A stretch of 64,000 bases of DNA from Podarcis bocagei (Eukaryota), in the NCBI GenBank assembly GCA_964188305.1, contig OZ076888.1; one strand, 5' to 3'. Positions 12,656-25,715 of the stretch are shown in pieces (position 1 is the stretch's first letter; each line of letters opens with the position of its first letter). A program made the position numbers and the translations under genes. Under the pieces are notes generated by a model. It was not told where the DNA came from. It saw only the letters and a program-made list of their open reading frames with translations, and did not search any database.

Positions 12656-13254
12656 GACTTCCCTTGCTTGTAATTTAGGCTCACTGACCAACACTAGCAA
12701 CCGAGGAAGTAGCAAGAGGGTTTCTCTCTCTCTGTCTTAGCATCCGCGTAAGACAGCATCACTTGAAGAAGAATCAGGAAGGCTTTATTCCTCTCTGCCC
12801 ACTGTTACTGTACAATCAATTGGAATAGATTTTTATTCATTTTTCTTGTCCATTGAAACTTTTTTTGGATTAAAAGGACTTCTCCTTCTTTTTTTGGTCC
12901 ATTTGAAACCTGAACTTTTGAGAGCAGTGATGCCATTTGTTCCCCCGTCATTACCAAACAGAATGAAATGAAGACAAATAAAAACATCCAATTAATTGCC
13001 ATGTGCACTCCTGATTTCAGTCTTTAATCTGAGGGGTGAAGGAACAATTTTAAGCCTCAGTATTGTTTTGCAAGTGTGGGGAGATGTTGCTTTTCCAAAA
13101 AAGTCCATCTTCTTGAACTCCAGGTGAAGCTGGGTTTTTTCTTTTTCCTTTTAAAACAAGAACGAAAAAGGAGAATCGTAGCAAAAGCTTTCTGTCTACC
13201 AACGCATTCACTGGCTGAGGTTCATTAATCTGTTTATTTGCAAAAGCATCCCAC

Positions 13255-13701
13255 ATGAAACCCTGCAAACTGAATAGCAGCATGGATGCTAGCTTGGAAA
13301 CGGACCTCCAGTGCCGAAACGGAACAGTCTGTGCAGCAAAGTGTGGCTCTGAGCGTGTGGAGAGCACTGCCAAGCGCAGGCTGGCTGCCAACGCCAGGGA
13401 AAGGAGAAGAATGCAAGGGCTCAACACTGCCTTCGACCGCCTACGCAAAGTGGTCCCCCAGTGGGGGCAAGACAAAAAGCTGTCCAAATACGAGACGCTT
13501 CAGATGGCCCTGAGTTACATTATGGCCCTGACGAGGATCCTCGCTGAAGCCGAGAGATACAGTGCAGAGAAAGGCTGGATTAACTTTCACTGTGAGCACT
13601 TCCACCAGGAGAGTTGCCACGCTTACACAGGGCAGAAGGTGGCAGCTGAAACAGACCCTTATGCGCAGAGACTTTTCAGTTTCCAGCCAGACCACTACTA
13701 A
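13255..13701 (+). CDS. ATOH7: Atonal bHLH transcription factor 7 (single exon, 148 aa)
   Basis: b[60 protein letters not shown] is diagnostic of ATOH7/Ath5; lies between PBLD and MYPN. Confidence 0.98.
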   Translation: MKPCKLNSSMDASLETDLQCRNGTVCAAKCGSERVESTAKRRLAANARERRRMQGLNTAFDRLRKVVPQWGQDKKLSKYETLQMALSYIMALTRILAEAERYSAEKGWINFHCEHFHQESCHAYTGQKVAAETDPYAQRLFSFQPDHY

Positions 13702-14291
13702 ATGGGCAATTAAGAAATCACTGTGGACTTGCAAAGGCCCGCTTGGTCTTTTGTGTAGAAGTATTTGAGAACAGGAACTTAAAACAGCTGCATAAGGTAA
13801 TCTTTGGTTGTTGTAGCCTTGTTCTTTGCCTGCAACGCACTGAGCTCCCTGGAACAAATTGATTTGGAACATTTTCCGATGCTTCATTAATTCCTACTTT
13901 GAGGATGCATTTTTGTTTCCTGATTTAATTGTGTATCTTAAAATAGAAAACAGAAATTATACTGTTTAGTCCTCAGAGAAGCAACTTAAACTTTGTAAGT
14001 TTGCCATAACAGGTTCTTTGAGACCAAATTGTGTAGGTTTAACTCATCTACAACTTACCACGTCTCTGGCGTATGCTCGAAATAGAGCTAGTTTCAAATA
14101 GTGTTTATGGAATGCTTAGATGTTCCTCTGTGCTTACTGTAAAATCAGATTAGTTCATGTGATAATGGCATTATGATAAAATAATTGCATGAAAATAGAG
14201 ACTTTAGAATTGGTAGGTTATGCTGATTCTGTATTTTTTTACATTGTTCTGTTTCCTTGAAGCCATAGAAAATTTTGTAAACTAAACTACA

Positions 14292-14297
14292 AATAAA
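14292..14297 (+). terminator. Probable ATOH7 polyadenylation signal
   Basis: AATAAA ~590 nt after the stop, preceded by TGTA and followed by T-rich sequence. Confidence 0.55.
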
Positions 14298-14923
14298 CAT
14301 GGTTTTCTCTCGTACAAAATGTTATTACATTTTAAAAGAAGTAGGTTCCTACAGTGGGAGTTATATGTACCCAGTAAAGGTGCTACTGTGGAAATTACTT
14401 TTGGAATTTGGATAGTTAATGTAACAACAGCAAATGTTCAATACAAGGCTGGTTTTATTTCTCATGCCTTAGGATCAGGGGACACATCAACACATCTCAT
14501 TATAAACAAACTTTGAACTGGTTTCATTTTCTAATATGCTGTATAGCCAGGCATGTATTGAGTTTAAATTGAGCAAGCAGCAAAAGAGCGAGCCTGTGGA
14601 AAATCTATCTTTCTTTGCCTTTCTCTTTCACACACTCAGAATGAACAGCCTTGTGCCTTACCTTGTACTTTAGCGTTGAGCCAGCAGGGAAATTCTTTCC
14701 ATCAGTGCTTGTCAGTGGGATGTGATATGCCAATATTATATATCATGACCAATATTCTGAATTTTTTTGGAAATATCGTCCAGTCATTTATGGTGTTAGC
14801 AGTAGGCTGAACATATTGAAGTAACGGAAGCAGGGGGTTTATCAAGTGGTGTGGAGAAAGCGGGGTATCAAGACCTTTGGGGCAGATATCTGCTTTCCAT
14901 CAAGTTCACAACAGGAAAATATA

Positions 14924-15033
14924 CCATATTTTCCCCTCTATAAGACGCACCAGACCATAAGACGCACCTAATTTTTTGGGAAAAAATATTCTGAATCTCA
15001 GAAGCCAGAACAACAAGAGGGATCGCTGAGCAG
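14924..15033 (+). mobile_element. Truncated Tc1/mariner-type MITE (left end only)
   Basis: TA|CCATATTTTCCCCTCTATAAGACGCACCAGACCATAAGACGCACCTA resembles the left end of the 53127-53504 element; no right TIR seen. Confidence 0.6.
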
Positions 15034-17546
15034 TATTTATGTAGAAGTTTTTTGTGGGAGATTCAGTGGGTTGCTCCCCATCTGACACCGTGGGGCAAAA
15101 TTAATCACACATTAGGCTTGGAGATCTGTGGTGATTTTACTGAGTTTTTAAATATATTATTATTCTAAGGCTGTGAATTATCACCAGCTTAAAACACGGA
15201 TGAACTGTTCTTTTTCTCAGTTCAGATTGAAGCTGAACACAGTATGAAACACAGTATTTCATAAGAAAAGGCAGGATAGATTGGGACTAAGGCTTCCCAA
15301 AGCAGTGGGAGTTCTCTGAATGCAGAGCAAACAGGCGTGCACACAGCCTATATGCAGCCAATAGGAGTCTGCTGATTTGATCTGGAAAGTGGCATAGACC
15401 TTGATGGCATTTAGGGTTGTGGTCAATGTTAGTTCTACGTTGAAATGAATGGCCATGACTACCCTAGGTCTATTAATTTCAGTGGGTCTACCCTGAGTAA
15501 AACTTAGCTGGCTACAACCCTCAACCTTTTAGGCTGCACAAAAAGCTGTTTCCTCCTTTGGTGCGGGGAGGAATCGGGTGCCTTTATCATTTCTGATAAC
15601 ATGATAGTGAGTAATCTTTCTAACAAGAAGACGTTTAAAAGGTCCATGCATTAAGTGCAACTTCATTGTGTTTTACTTTGGCTGGATCATGCCCAAATGT
15701 CAGCACATAACATAAAATGTAACTCAAGATTTAACACAGTTGCCTTTGCCTACAAAAATACTAGAAGATTTTAATCTCTCTAAATGTGGCCATACTACTG
15801 CAATAAAGAATAGCTTATTAGTGAAATACGAAAGCACTTCTAAGAATATTCAAAAGGCTAGCGAGGGATTACATTTTAAGTATGGTTTGCCTGCTACCAG
15901 TTGAAAACGTTCCTCCATTATTGTCACCAATTGCAAAGAGTTTGTGTCCTCTACGGCTTGTGCCCTGTTGATGTTGTTTGGTATGCACAGAGCCACATAA
16001 TGGCATCCATTACTCAGAATGGGTGGCCAGAAAACACCCCCTCTATAGCCTTTCCCAGGACTTTGGTCTGTCCATTAAGCACTTGCAAAAACACCCAATA
16101 TGTATTTACAAGAGATTCTTCTAATGAGTGGGAGAAATGCACACCATGGGTGACATGCCTTCAGCACTATGAGTGGGGGAGGAATCCCAAAACTTTAATC
16201 TTTCCCCATGTGAAGACTTGTAGCTATTTAAAAGATCGTTTAATCGCTGTTGTTCACAAGACCTGGATGCTGCTGCTAAAAGCGTAGCTAATATTTGCTT
16301 ACTGGCACCAGGATTTTACAGAAAAGCATTGATGCAGATTTTGTTACTATATGAATGCAGTGGGCAAAGCCAAGGTGCAGTGGTAATTTAAAATATAAAT
16401 CCTGATATGTTTTGCTGCTCTTTAGCAACTTGTATATTGTATATTATGGAGGGGGAGGGGAAGAAACACATTGGGCATTAACTGATTAAGTTCAGCAGCC
16501 GGCAAAGATGCTCAAGTGCCCTTTTTCTGGCATTCAGTACAGTACAACCCCCTTTTTCTGAGTGACACACAGCAAGATGAACAATGGGATCTGAATCAGC
16601 CTACTGGAATGCCTCTCATTCAGATGTGCATCTGATCTCTACAGTACTTGTCGTTGCTGATACAGCAATGGAACTGGGTACTGATCCAAACATATTCATC
16701 TGGTTCTTGCATGGACCTCGCTTGCTCAGTGAGGAAAAAATGTTTTGTGTCAAATCTTACCTGGATTGTTCATATGGAATTTCAAGTCACATGCCAGTCA
16801 AAGAGATACTCACACAGTGCAACTCTGAAGCATTTATTTAATGGAGGAGGGAAAATACATTTGCTGAACATTCTGACATTTCCTTTTATATGCATTTAAA
16901 ATATTATTTAAAATTGCAACATTTATTCCCCCCTTTTTTTCCCTAGCGAAGGTATGCACCTTCACATATTATGAAGATAAAAACCCATTTTAATGGAAAT
17001 GTAACAACTCCAAATTGGTAGACTATAAGGCCACCGGCTTGTGCAGTATTTAATTTAACAGCTATAAAGTTTTGTTAGATTTTCCTTGTCATATTAACTC
17101 AGTTACAGTTTACAGAGGGTATGAGAACACTTCTTAGAGAACTGTGTTTAAATCCTTCTGGTGCAGCTTATTAAAAAGAAAATCCATAATTTGTATTACA
17201 CATCACATTTCTCTGACTCAAAGCAGGTTTCCAACATATTTTGAAGCAGACATTGGTCAGCTGACATGATTTTAAAAAAGTATTTTCAGTCATTCTAAAA
17301 TATGAGGATATCAATGCTGCTAGGTATGTTCATGTTTTGCCTACATATGAGAACCACACAGGGTTGTTTGTTTCCCAATACTAAATATTTGAGTTGGTGA
17401 ATCTTCAAAGCCTTCATTATTAACATTTCTGCAGCACACCCTCAATGTTGTGCTTTTGATGCTGCTCTCTGCTGGAACTCGCACAGATTTGAGCAGCTAT
17501 ATTTTAAATAGTCTCAAAGGACAGGAAGCAGCTTTCTGGCTTAATA

Positions 17547-17798
17547 CAGTGGTGCCCCGCAAGACGAATGCCTCGCAAGACGAAAAACTCGCTAGACGAA
17601 AGGGTTTTCCATTTTTGCGTTGCTTCGCTAGACGAATTTCCCTATGGGCTTGCTTCGCAAGACGAAAACGTCTTGCGCTTTTTTAAAAAGCCGCTTGGAG
17701 AGGTGCAGTTGCGACGGACCGTGCTTCACAAGGCGAAAAACATCGCAAGACGAAAAGACTCGCGGAACGAATTCTTTTCGTCTTGTGAGGCACCACTG
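17547..17798. mobile_element. Tc1/mariner (pogo/Tigger-type) MITE, 252 bp, young
   Basis: TIR CAGTGGTGCCyCrCAAGACGAA at both ends; TA TSD; internal CGCwAGACGAA repeats; CpGs intact. Confidence 0.9.
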
Positions 17799-18973
17799 TA
17801 GTGTTCTCATACACTATGTGCTGATTCTGGGGATGTCTTTTCAGCTTTGCAAAGTTTGTATTGTCTTAGCCAAGCTCAGAAAGGAACAAAATACATTTAT
17901 AAATATATGAATTTTGAAAAGCTCAATTAAAAACCTCCTGCTCATTGTAGGGTTGTTAAATTTTATTGAACCACCCAAGTCCTGAGTGAGTACTTAAAAG
18001 ATAATGTTTATTTTGTTGTTATGAAAATTCTGTCCTTTTGCAGGTACATCTTTTGTTGCATAAGCCAAAATAATCTGTTCATAGTGCAAAGGCAGTTTGG
18101 CTTCTGTTCAATGAAATGAAGGGAAAAAAGAGCTCAAACAATACTGCAGAGGAAGATAACTCTGGCAGAGTATCTGAACTGCATTTTGGCTATATAAGTG
18201 ACTGCAACCATCTTTTCATATGTTATCCACACAACTGATATCACAGAATCAAAAGCTGTTGTATAAAATATTGTAAAACTGCCCTTAATATGGCGGCTGT
18301 TTAAGAAAAGAGCTTCACAGGGAGACTGCAATGTGAAACCACTGAATCAAAATTAAAGTACAGCTTCAATGCTATCAACTGCAACATGAAATGGGACAAA
18401 GGTATTTATTACTATTATCACATTTCATGTGTTAATTAGCTGACCTAATTCCAGGGTGCCTATCTTATCAACAACTGTTTTGTAAATTATCACCGTCTCT
18501 GTTCTTTATGCATTTCATTTTCCTCTGACCTCACTCCTTACAATCCCCCCCCCAGGTGTGTGTGTGTGTGTGCATGTGTGTATATATATCTCAAGATAAA
18601 GCTTCATGCATCTGCCGTGGTTGACTGTAGACAATGGAAGATTATGCCATAATACATATATCTTTAGTCTTTAAGGTGCCACAAGACCCTTGGTTGTTTT
18701 TGCTGCAACATACCTGACACGGCTACTAGTCTGGGAGGTTTGGGTGGGGGGTCAACAACTGTCAGTCATGACTAAAATCCATTGAAATAAACTATAATTA
18801 AATCAGTTGTAACAAAATTCACTGAATGTTGACATTCACACATGAACACTAACAATTCTAAGTAATGTCTTTAATTTCCAGAAATATTTATATGCCTTGC
18901 ATTTTTCAGATATACACAACCAATGAATGCTGCCAATCATGTATAGGTAATTTTTAACATTCACTGGTGTATA

Positions 18974-19508
18974 CAGGCAACTCCCAGTTTATGTACATCG
19001 AACTGTTGCACAACTATACATGCACACATTGTGCTGAACCTGGAAGTGACCTTTAAAATGGCAAAAACGGCCCTTAAAGAGCCCAGAAAAGGCAAAAGGC
19101 ATGAAAACAGCACCTAGGAATCCCAGGAGCCCTTCTACCAACAGCTGATGCCGGTGAAGAGTTGGAGTTTGAGAAAGGAGGTTTGAAAGGAGTGATTGTG
19201 GTGGAATTTGGTGCCTGGTAAGTGTTGCTGTTTTTTAAAGAGTTGTTCAAGCATTTCCAGTGGTTTAGATGGTGTTTGCAGGCTTTTCCAATGGTATTTC
19301 AAATATACACAATTTCAGTGACGCTTGCAGTACCTCAGAACCAGGGTTTATTTTCAGCTGGAACTCAGTTCCAGCACCTCAGGTGGGCACCATTGCCATT
19401 ATAAGAGAACAAGGGAGGCGTTAATGGTGAGTTCTGGCACCTCTTTTTCTAGAAAAATTGCACTGCTTAGAATAGAACGTAACCCCTGTGTAAATTGGGA
19501 GTTGGCTG
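18974..19508. mobile_element. Older Tc1/mariner-type non-autonomous element
   Basis: TA|CAGGCAACTCCCAGTTTA ... TAAATTGGGAGTTGGCTG|CA form imperfect TIRs; interrupted by a hAT-like MITE. Confidence 0.65.
19342..19465. mobile_element. hAT-like MITE nested in the 18974-19508 element
   Basis: CAGGG...GCACTG termini; 8-bp flanks CTCAGAAC/CTTAGAAT (6/8 match). Confidence 0.55.
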
Positions 19509-19788
19509 CACCTGACTTTTCAGGTTGGGCACAGCTATTGTCTGGAGCATTTACACATGAATAGAAAGGGTGGAATTCAACATAGTGTTAAGTGAATGTT
19601 CCATCAGTGCAGGGATTTCTGCTTGCACAATGGAACCCCGTCTAACTCCTAAATCTAAGGGAAGGGAGAGGGCAGAAAGTCCTGCCACACAAGTAGAAAT
19701 TTTTGCACTGATGGAACACAGTAGCTGAATACCTCTAAACTTTAACCAAACTTTGGACATTTGCTGTAACATTTTTGTGTCCTGAGAG

Positions 19789-19871
19789 CAGTGTTTTTCC
19801 TAGGGGAAACGGGGGGTATACAAGGGTACGCAGTACTAGCACCCTTTCCCCCCCCTAGAAGAAAAGCACTG
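19789..19871. mobile_element. 83-bp hAT MITE
   Basis: TIR CAGTGTTTTTCCTAGGGG / CCCCTAGAAGAAAAGCACTG; TSD CCTGAGAG/CCTAAGAG (7/8). Confidence 0.75.
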
Positions 19872-22448
19872 CCTAAGAGACTTCTTTGCTGTTAACATAA
19901 ATCATAGTATTCCTTTGTTCTTGAAACAGCAATCCCCCATTTATTGCACCTTTCTCTACAAAAGTGTTCATAGCAAAAATGACACAATGATATTATTTGT
20001 ATTTAACACTTAAGAAGATGGACTCCATCTTTCTCTATGTGGACAGTTAAAAGTAATCCTTAATTTCATGTACACATTCTGAGTATGATTTTAATTTATC
20101 AAAGTTTAGAATATATTTTGGGGACAAGTTCCTCCCACCAAGTTCTGCTCTTTGTAGAAGGTAGCACACCCATTTAAAAGCACTTGATCTCATGATATTA
20201 GTGCATTAGAATAGTCCAGGTTCTGGCCTAATTTAGAGAGCATTACCAGGCAACCCAGGACATTGTGCTGCCTGAGGTCCAAGATAAGCCATAAAGCTCT
20301 GTCCTTCACAAAGATAAGTCTCCTCACCACCAGCAGCCATTAAGAGGAACAGCTAAAGTGCTGCTGCCACTGGCACCCAGCATTTGTGGCCTGAAGCAGT
20401 TCCCTACTTTGCTTATTGGTAGGGCCTGCTTGTTTATGAGAAAGCAGAGGATATGGTCTCAAATGACATTTCCTTCTTTTTGAACTCTGTCTTACTGACA
20501 TCAGAATCAGACCTTGAGCTAACTAGCAATGATGGAATTCAGTTTCATATTCTGTTTTACTCTATCAGCAGCCATCAGGAACATCATACCAAACTAAGTC
20601 ACCTGCCTTTCATTTGTATCAATCCTTTAAAACTTGTTCATGTTAAAAAGTCTTAGCATATCTCCCTTCTCCTGTCTATATTTGTAAACACTGAATCTCT
20701 GGCAGACTTCCATGAGCTTGATGATTCTTCAGTGAAAAAAGCTAGTGATCTCAGGTCATGTGTGTAGGTGGGTGCGGGTGCTTATCACTGGTGCAGTAGT
20801 AGAAAATTTTCAGGCTCTTGGTTTGGATTAGAATTTAATTCTATTTCTTGGAAGGGTTCAACGTGTAGGGAGATTATACAGCCAAGTGGCTATTCTCTAC
20901 TATTAATACTTATAGCAATCTTATTTTTGTGCTTTATGGGGGTCTTTGGCAGACCTGATGGCAACAGAATAATCCCTTAGCAATAAAATTGGAACCACAC
21001 ACCTGAGAAATAGCTTAAACATTAAGAAAATGCTAACACATATCCCTAGCTTTAATTGAGATTTTGTTTAGAATACTGAATAAAACAGAAATGCAGTTAA
21101 ACTGGTTAATGAGATGTATTAGTAAATACCTCTCTCTCATAAATAGCTTTTGTGTGTGTTCATTCTGCCACATGCAAATAACAATTGTTTTTTCTGGGTG
21201 CAGGTGGGACATTTTACCAAAAATGCTAAAGTTTTGCCCTAGAATCAGATGCATAATTACCTCTTTGAAAACTGGGAGCTCTACTAGTACCCAAAATGAA
21301 ACAAATTTATTTGATTGGAATGGGCCATAGTTTGTTTAGTACAGAATACCTGTATAAGTATTTTCTCATCAGTGTGTGTCCAAAGTGGAGGGGCGGGGAA
21401 GGAAGTAGGATGGTCAGGTGGAACTCATATATGTCCATCTGAAAATTTCGGGTAGTTATAGGTCCATTTGCAAAGTATTTGGATGGCATCCTTCCACTGT
21501 ACACACACAATCATCCAAACCTCCGGCTGAGAAAGGAATTCATATCATCACAATGAAACAAAAATAACCTGTATGCTATTTATTTTTGTTTCAAACTAGG
21601 GAATTCCTAAAATGAGAAAAGAACTAGTAAGCACACTTCAAAATGCACATAGCAATGGTAGCTGTGGTGTCTATATAATGTGTGTTTTGTAGGATATAAG
21701 CTGTTTAATTGCACATGTTAACATCCAAACTATATGCATGGTGTTTCCCTATTAGGATTTGATACACCATGAGTACATAAATTCATGGAACATAAGCCCA
21801 CAACATTTTTTAAAGTGTTCTGCTGTATTTAGTGGTTCCTTTTTGAAATGCTACGCCTATCTGCATTCACCCAATCTCTTATTGATGTAATTGTGTACTC
21901 CTCCTGAACAGATCTTTCACGATTCATTTCCATTTTTTTGCTGACATTTGACTTGTGCTTTGTGACTGTCAGCCACCTTTAAGTATTATATTCAAAGTCA
22001 TGCAGCTCACCCTCTTTCAGAATTCTCACAATGTCAATACTTCTCCTGGTCGTGTTCAGCTGGACGTCCAAAACCTTTACCATTATGCATTTAAGGTACA
22101 GTAGTTTGTTTGTTTTTTAATTCAAGCAGAAAAAAGTGGGCAGAGCTTTTTCTCTTAACAGCTTAAAACTCAGCTGCCTCCCCTCATAATACTTGGGAGG
22201 GGGAAAACAACAGAGCACTGAACTTGCCGCAGTGCATTCAATGCTACAGTGACCCCACAGTACAATGCTGAACTAAGATCTTATACAGTATGTTACTCAC
22301 AGGAATTGCAGCAACCCTACAGTTACTCAACAAATACAAGTTGCTTGTAAACCTTGAGCCTCCTGGCTTGTGCCTTCCATTCTTTTTCACAGTTCTAGTT
22401 ACGGGGTGGTGGTGGTTTTTTTGCAGGTAAGATTGGAATCGGAGGTTT

Positions 22449-22618
22449 TTAAAGTTCTTCACTCTCTACCACAGGCTGGGATGGTGACGAAAACCGCACT
22501 GGATTCTCAACAGTCGAGAAAGCAGAAAAAATGTCGAGTCCTTGCCCCGAGAGATTTGCATATCGGGTGCCACCAGGGCGAATCTTTATTGGCTGAGGGA
22601 TCTGTTGATGCCACTGGG
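22449..22618 (-). CDS. MYPN: Myopalladin exon 20 (last coding)
   Basis: AQWHQQIPQPIKIRPGGTRYANLSGQGLDIFSAF...VVESEEL*; AG acceptor at 22619-22620; phase 1. Confidence 0.95.
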
Positions 22619-23318
22619 CTGGAGCCAAAAGCAACAACAAAAATCATAAACACCGTACACAAAATTCAAACCTCTCTCTTCAATCATACATAAAGACACT
22701 GAATGTCTACCCCTACAAACACACAAGTTGAAACCTAAGAACTAGTGGGAACTTGATGTTTCCAGTTGTCACCTGTTCCCAAGCTACTCAAATTAGAGAA
22801 CTCCTAGTACAGGGATGGCTAATGCCTTTTGTGGCCAAGGGATGCATGGTAAAATGGGCATGGCAGAGGCACAAAAATGGATGTGGTGAAAGCTTACAAT
22901 AACTTACCTTCTACTCCCCCCAGAGCCAGTCCCTTCCCTTCCTTAATCCCACCAAATACATTCTATTTGTTTGTATTCTGTCTTCCTGACTCTTCGGTAT
23001 CCAACTCGGACCAATCTGCTTCTAAATTGCTTCCCCGTTATCTAAGTCGCTGTCTTTGCTAGTCACCCTCTGTTCAAAGCTCATCCATATACAATACCTG
23101 GAATCTCAAGAGTCTCAGTTCAGCTGAAACAGCATAGCCCTGAGCAAACTTATCTCCCTTTATTATGTCAACCAAGCAAAAGATCTCTAAATTAAAAGGA
23201 CAATGCTAAATTCAAGAGAATATCCCAACAGAGGAATAAGATGAGAAAAGGCGACAAGCTACCAGCATGGAATTGGTATTGGTGACGTACATCAGTTCAA
23301 TTATTTTATTACTGAAAT

Positions 23319-23458
23319 CAGGGCTGAGGAAGCTGAGCCCCCATCCTGATATTGGTGGGCTACAAACTCCCACCATCCCTAACCATTGGCCCTGCTGGCT
23401 GGGCCTGATGTGAGTTGAGTCCCACAACACCCAGATGGCCACAGGTTCTGCATCCCAG
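23319..23458. mobile_element. Short palindromic repeat family copy
   Basis: CAGGG start and ctacaaactcccaccatccctaaccattggcc core shared with 9255-9380. Confidence 0.55.
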
Positions 23459-23479
23459 ACTTAAACTATACCCACTTAC

Positions 23480-23613
23480 CGTATATGTCAAGTCTAGCAG
23501 TGCAAGAGACGATACCAGCCTCGTTTTTTGCAGACAAAGTGTACCAGCCAGCATCCACTTTCTTAGCGGGCTGAATCAGAAGGCAAACATATCCTGTAGC
23601 ATCTTGATGCATA
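23480..23613 (-). CDS. MYPN: Myopalladin exon 19 (Ig5, C-terminal half)
   Basis: 134 nt, GT-AG; SMHQDATGYVCLLIQPAKKVDAGWYTLSAKNEAGIVSCTARLDIY. Confidence 0.96.
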
Positions 23614-24362
23614 CTGAAAACAAAAATACCAAGGGTTCTTATATTATTTGCTGATATAACTGGGGCTGTTATAACCATACAAGGAAAGGAAACTGCACGA
23701 ATATTTTGTGTAAGGCCTGGCTTAGTACCCAGCATCTTCAGGTAAGGTTGGGAAAGACTTCTGTCTGAAACCCTAGAAAGCTGCTGCCAGGCAGTACTGA
23801 GCAATTTCCATTCAATGTTCACATCTGTCCCTCTCTCCCAGGTACAACAGTAGTAACCACGAGAAAGAAAATTTTCCCAGTGCACCTAAATTCTTAGACT
23901 AAAGTAGGTGTCCTGGAAATGACATGTTGCATTGCTCCTCCTGTATGGAACAACACTAAGGAACAATAACTTTTCTTACAAACGTTTTCTTTCTGTGTTT
24001 ATATGCTTGTCTACTTGTAAGCATACATAATACATACAAGGTACACGCAGCCATGGCCAATTGTGGTTGTTCAGTGCATGCTTACGCAGCAATTTGCAGG
24101 CATAAAGACTTCTGCTGCAGGATCCCTCTCTTTAATAGGGCAGTCTTCTTACACAAAACCTGTATAAACAGAGCCATACATGCTCCTGCCCTTATGGTGG
24201 ATAAAATAGACTTCATGGGTAATATGGACTTCATGTTTGGAACTTAGTCCTTGCTGTTTCTTAGGCCTTGTGCAGGATAATATTAACTTTCCTGAGCAAG
24301 GAAATGCCTCCCCACTTGTAGAATGTCAGGTATTATCCCATTTTTAAAATATTTAAAGCTAC

Positions 24363-24528
24363 CTCATCCTCTCTCTATGGGGAGGAATGGTGTCATTGTC
24401 TTTCTTCCAATAAAAGACTGGGGGTGGCATTCCAATCACTCTGCATTCTAGCCGGACTGGATGTCCTTCTGGTACTCCACAGTTCTGTAATTTCTCAAGA
24501 ATCACTGGAGCTTTCTTAACTTCTTTTT
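24363..24528 (-). CDS. MYPN: Myopalladin exon 18 (Ig5, N-terminal half)
   Basis: 166 nt; EKEVKKAPVILEKLQNCGVPEGHPVRLECRVIGMPPPVFYWKKDNDTIPPHRERM. Confidence 0.96.
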
Positions 24529-25507
24529 CTGGAAAAGATGGAATCAAAGGCTTGTGTGATTCTCCTATCTGGTTTCTCTCTCACCCCTCACCCTGCCCCC
24601 AGCCCCACTGGACCACATTTTAATTCAATGTTCACATTCAGACCTGCAAACAAAATTTATAACGCTACAAAATTACTCATGTGATTCTCCAGGGTTATTT
24701 GGCAAATTGCAGACCACCATCGGAAACAATACACTTCACAACAGCATAGTTTATGGAAGACCCCAAAATATGTGTATGTATCTGTTTGTGTGTGTCTGTT
24801 GGCAGGGAGAGGGCATGAGTACAAACCTTCTTACAACAAAGACACATTTTTCTTAATGGAAATTTGCTGGAATTGGCAGACAGAAGCTTGATCATTTTCA
24901 GCCCTGTTTTCCTCCTGCCATGTTCATATCACTATACCAGATTACATATTAAAGTTCCCTTCCTCCAAAAAAAGGCGCTTCCTCTGGAGGAAAGGAATCA
25001 TTGACAGTAGTCCGCTGTTGATTGATTTGCTTTTCAAAAAACAAACATGCATTCTGCCTTTCTTCCAATATACATATATATTGTATATATAATGCTGTTG
25101 TCACACAACCCCCCTACAGGAGCACCTGTTGTGCCACATCACAATCCTGGATTTGTGTGATGTCAGGGTCCAGTAAGAGCGGTCATGGCATAGGAGCTTG
25201 AAGGGAAGGGGATTTGGCTGCCTTCTCCTTAAAGGTCCACTGATGGGGGAAGGCCTTTTAAAATAGGTCTCCTTGTGTAAGTGCCCTAGCAAGGTGCTTC
25301 TTACTCTCATGTAATTCCAGCAATATTCTGCATGACAAAGGTTGATTCCATCCTTCAGGTATGAAATGGGGCAAGTTTCCTTAGTATCAAGAGACACAAT
25401 AAATTCGAATAATGAGGATTTTCATTTGCCTCTGTTTTTGCCAACGGAACCATGACACTGCAATGCATGATGTAGCCTCTGCATTAAACATCTAAAAATA
25501 GCCTTAC

Positions 25508-25715
25508 CTACAACACTAAGCTCCAGGCTGAATGAATTTTGTCCTGTTTTGTTAGTGGCAATGCAAGTGTAAATTCCAGCATCGTTTTGCGTAAGCGGAT
25601 CAATAAGCAGAGAGTGCACTCCTGTCTCTCTGACCAGCATCTTATGAGTGGTGTCTGGTAAAACTGGCTTGCCATTCAGAAGCCACATCAGGTCAGGAGG
25701 TGGTAACCCACTCAC
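25508..25715 (-). CDS. MYPN: Myopalladin exon 17 (Ig4)
   Basis: 208 nt; VSGLPPPDLMWLLNGKPVLPD...DAGIYTCIATNKTGQNSFSLELSVV. Confidence 0.96.

Noticed and set aside
13050-13887. Antisense ORFs of 145 and 148 aa overlapping ATOH7
   Set aside because: Shadow frames of the ATOH7 CDS with no recognisable domain.
15901-16287. 128-aa intergenic ORF
   Set aside because: TTG start, random-looking composition, no domain.
17547-17798. Repeated CGCAAGACGAA units superficially like a CRISPR array
   Set aside because: Irregular spacing, both orientations, enclosed by TIRs with a TA TSD: a MITE in a eukaryotic genome.
21305-21583. MYPN poly(A) signal candidates (TTTATT on + at ~21305 and ~21578)
   Set aside because: Several equally plausible hexamers in AT-rich DNA; cannot choose without 3'-end data.
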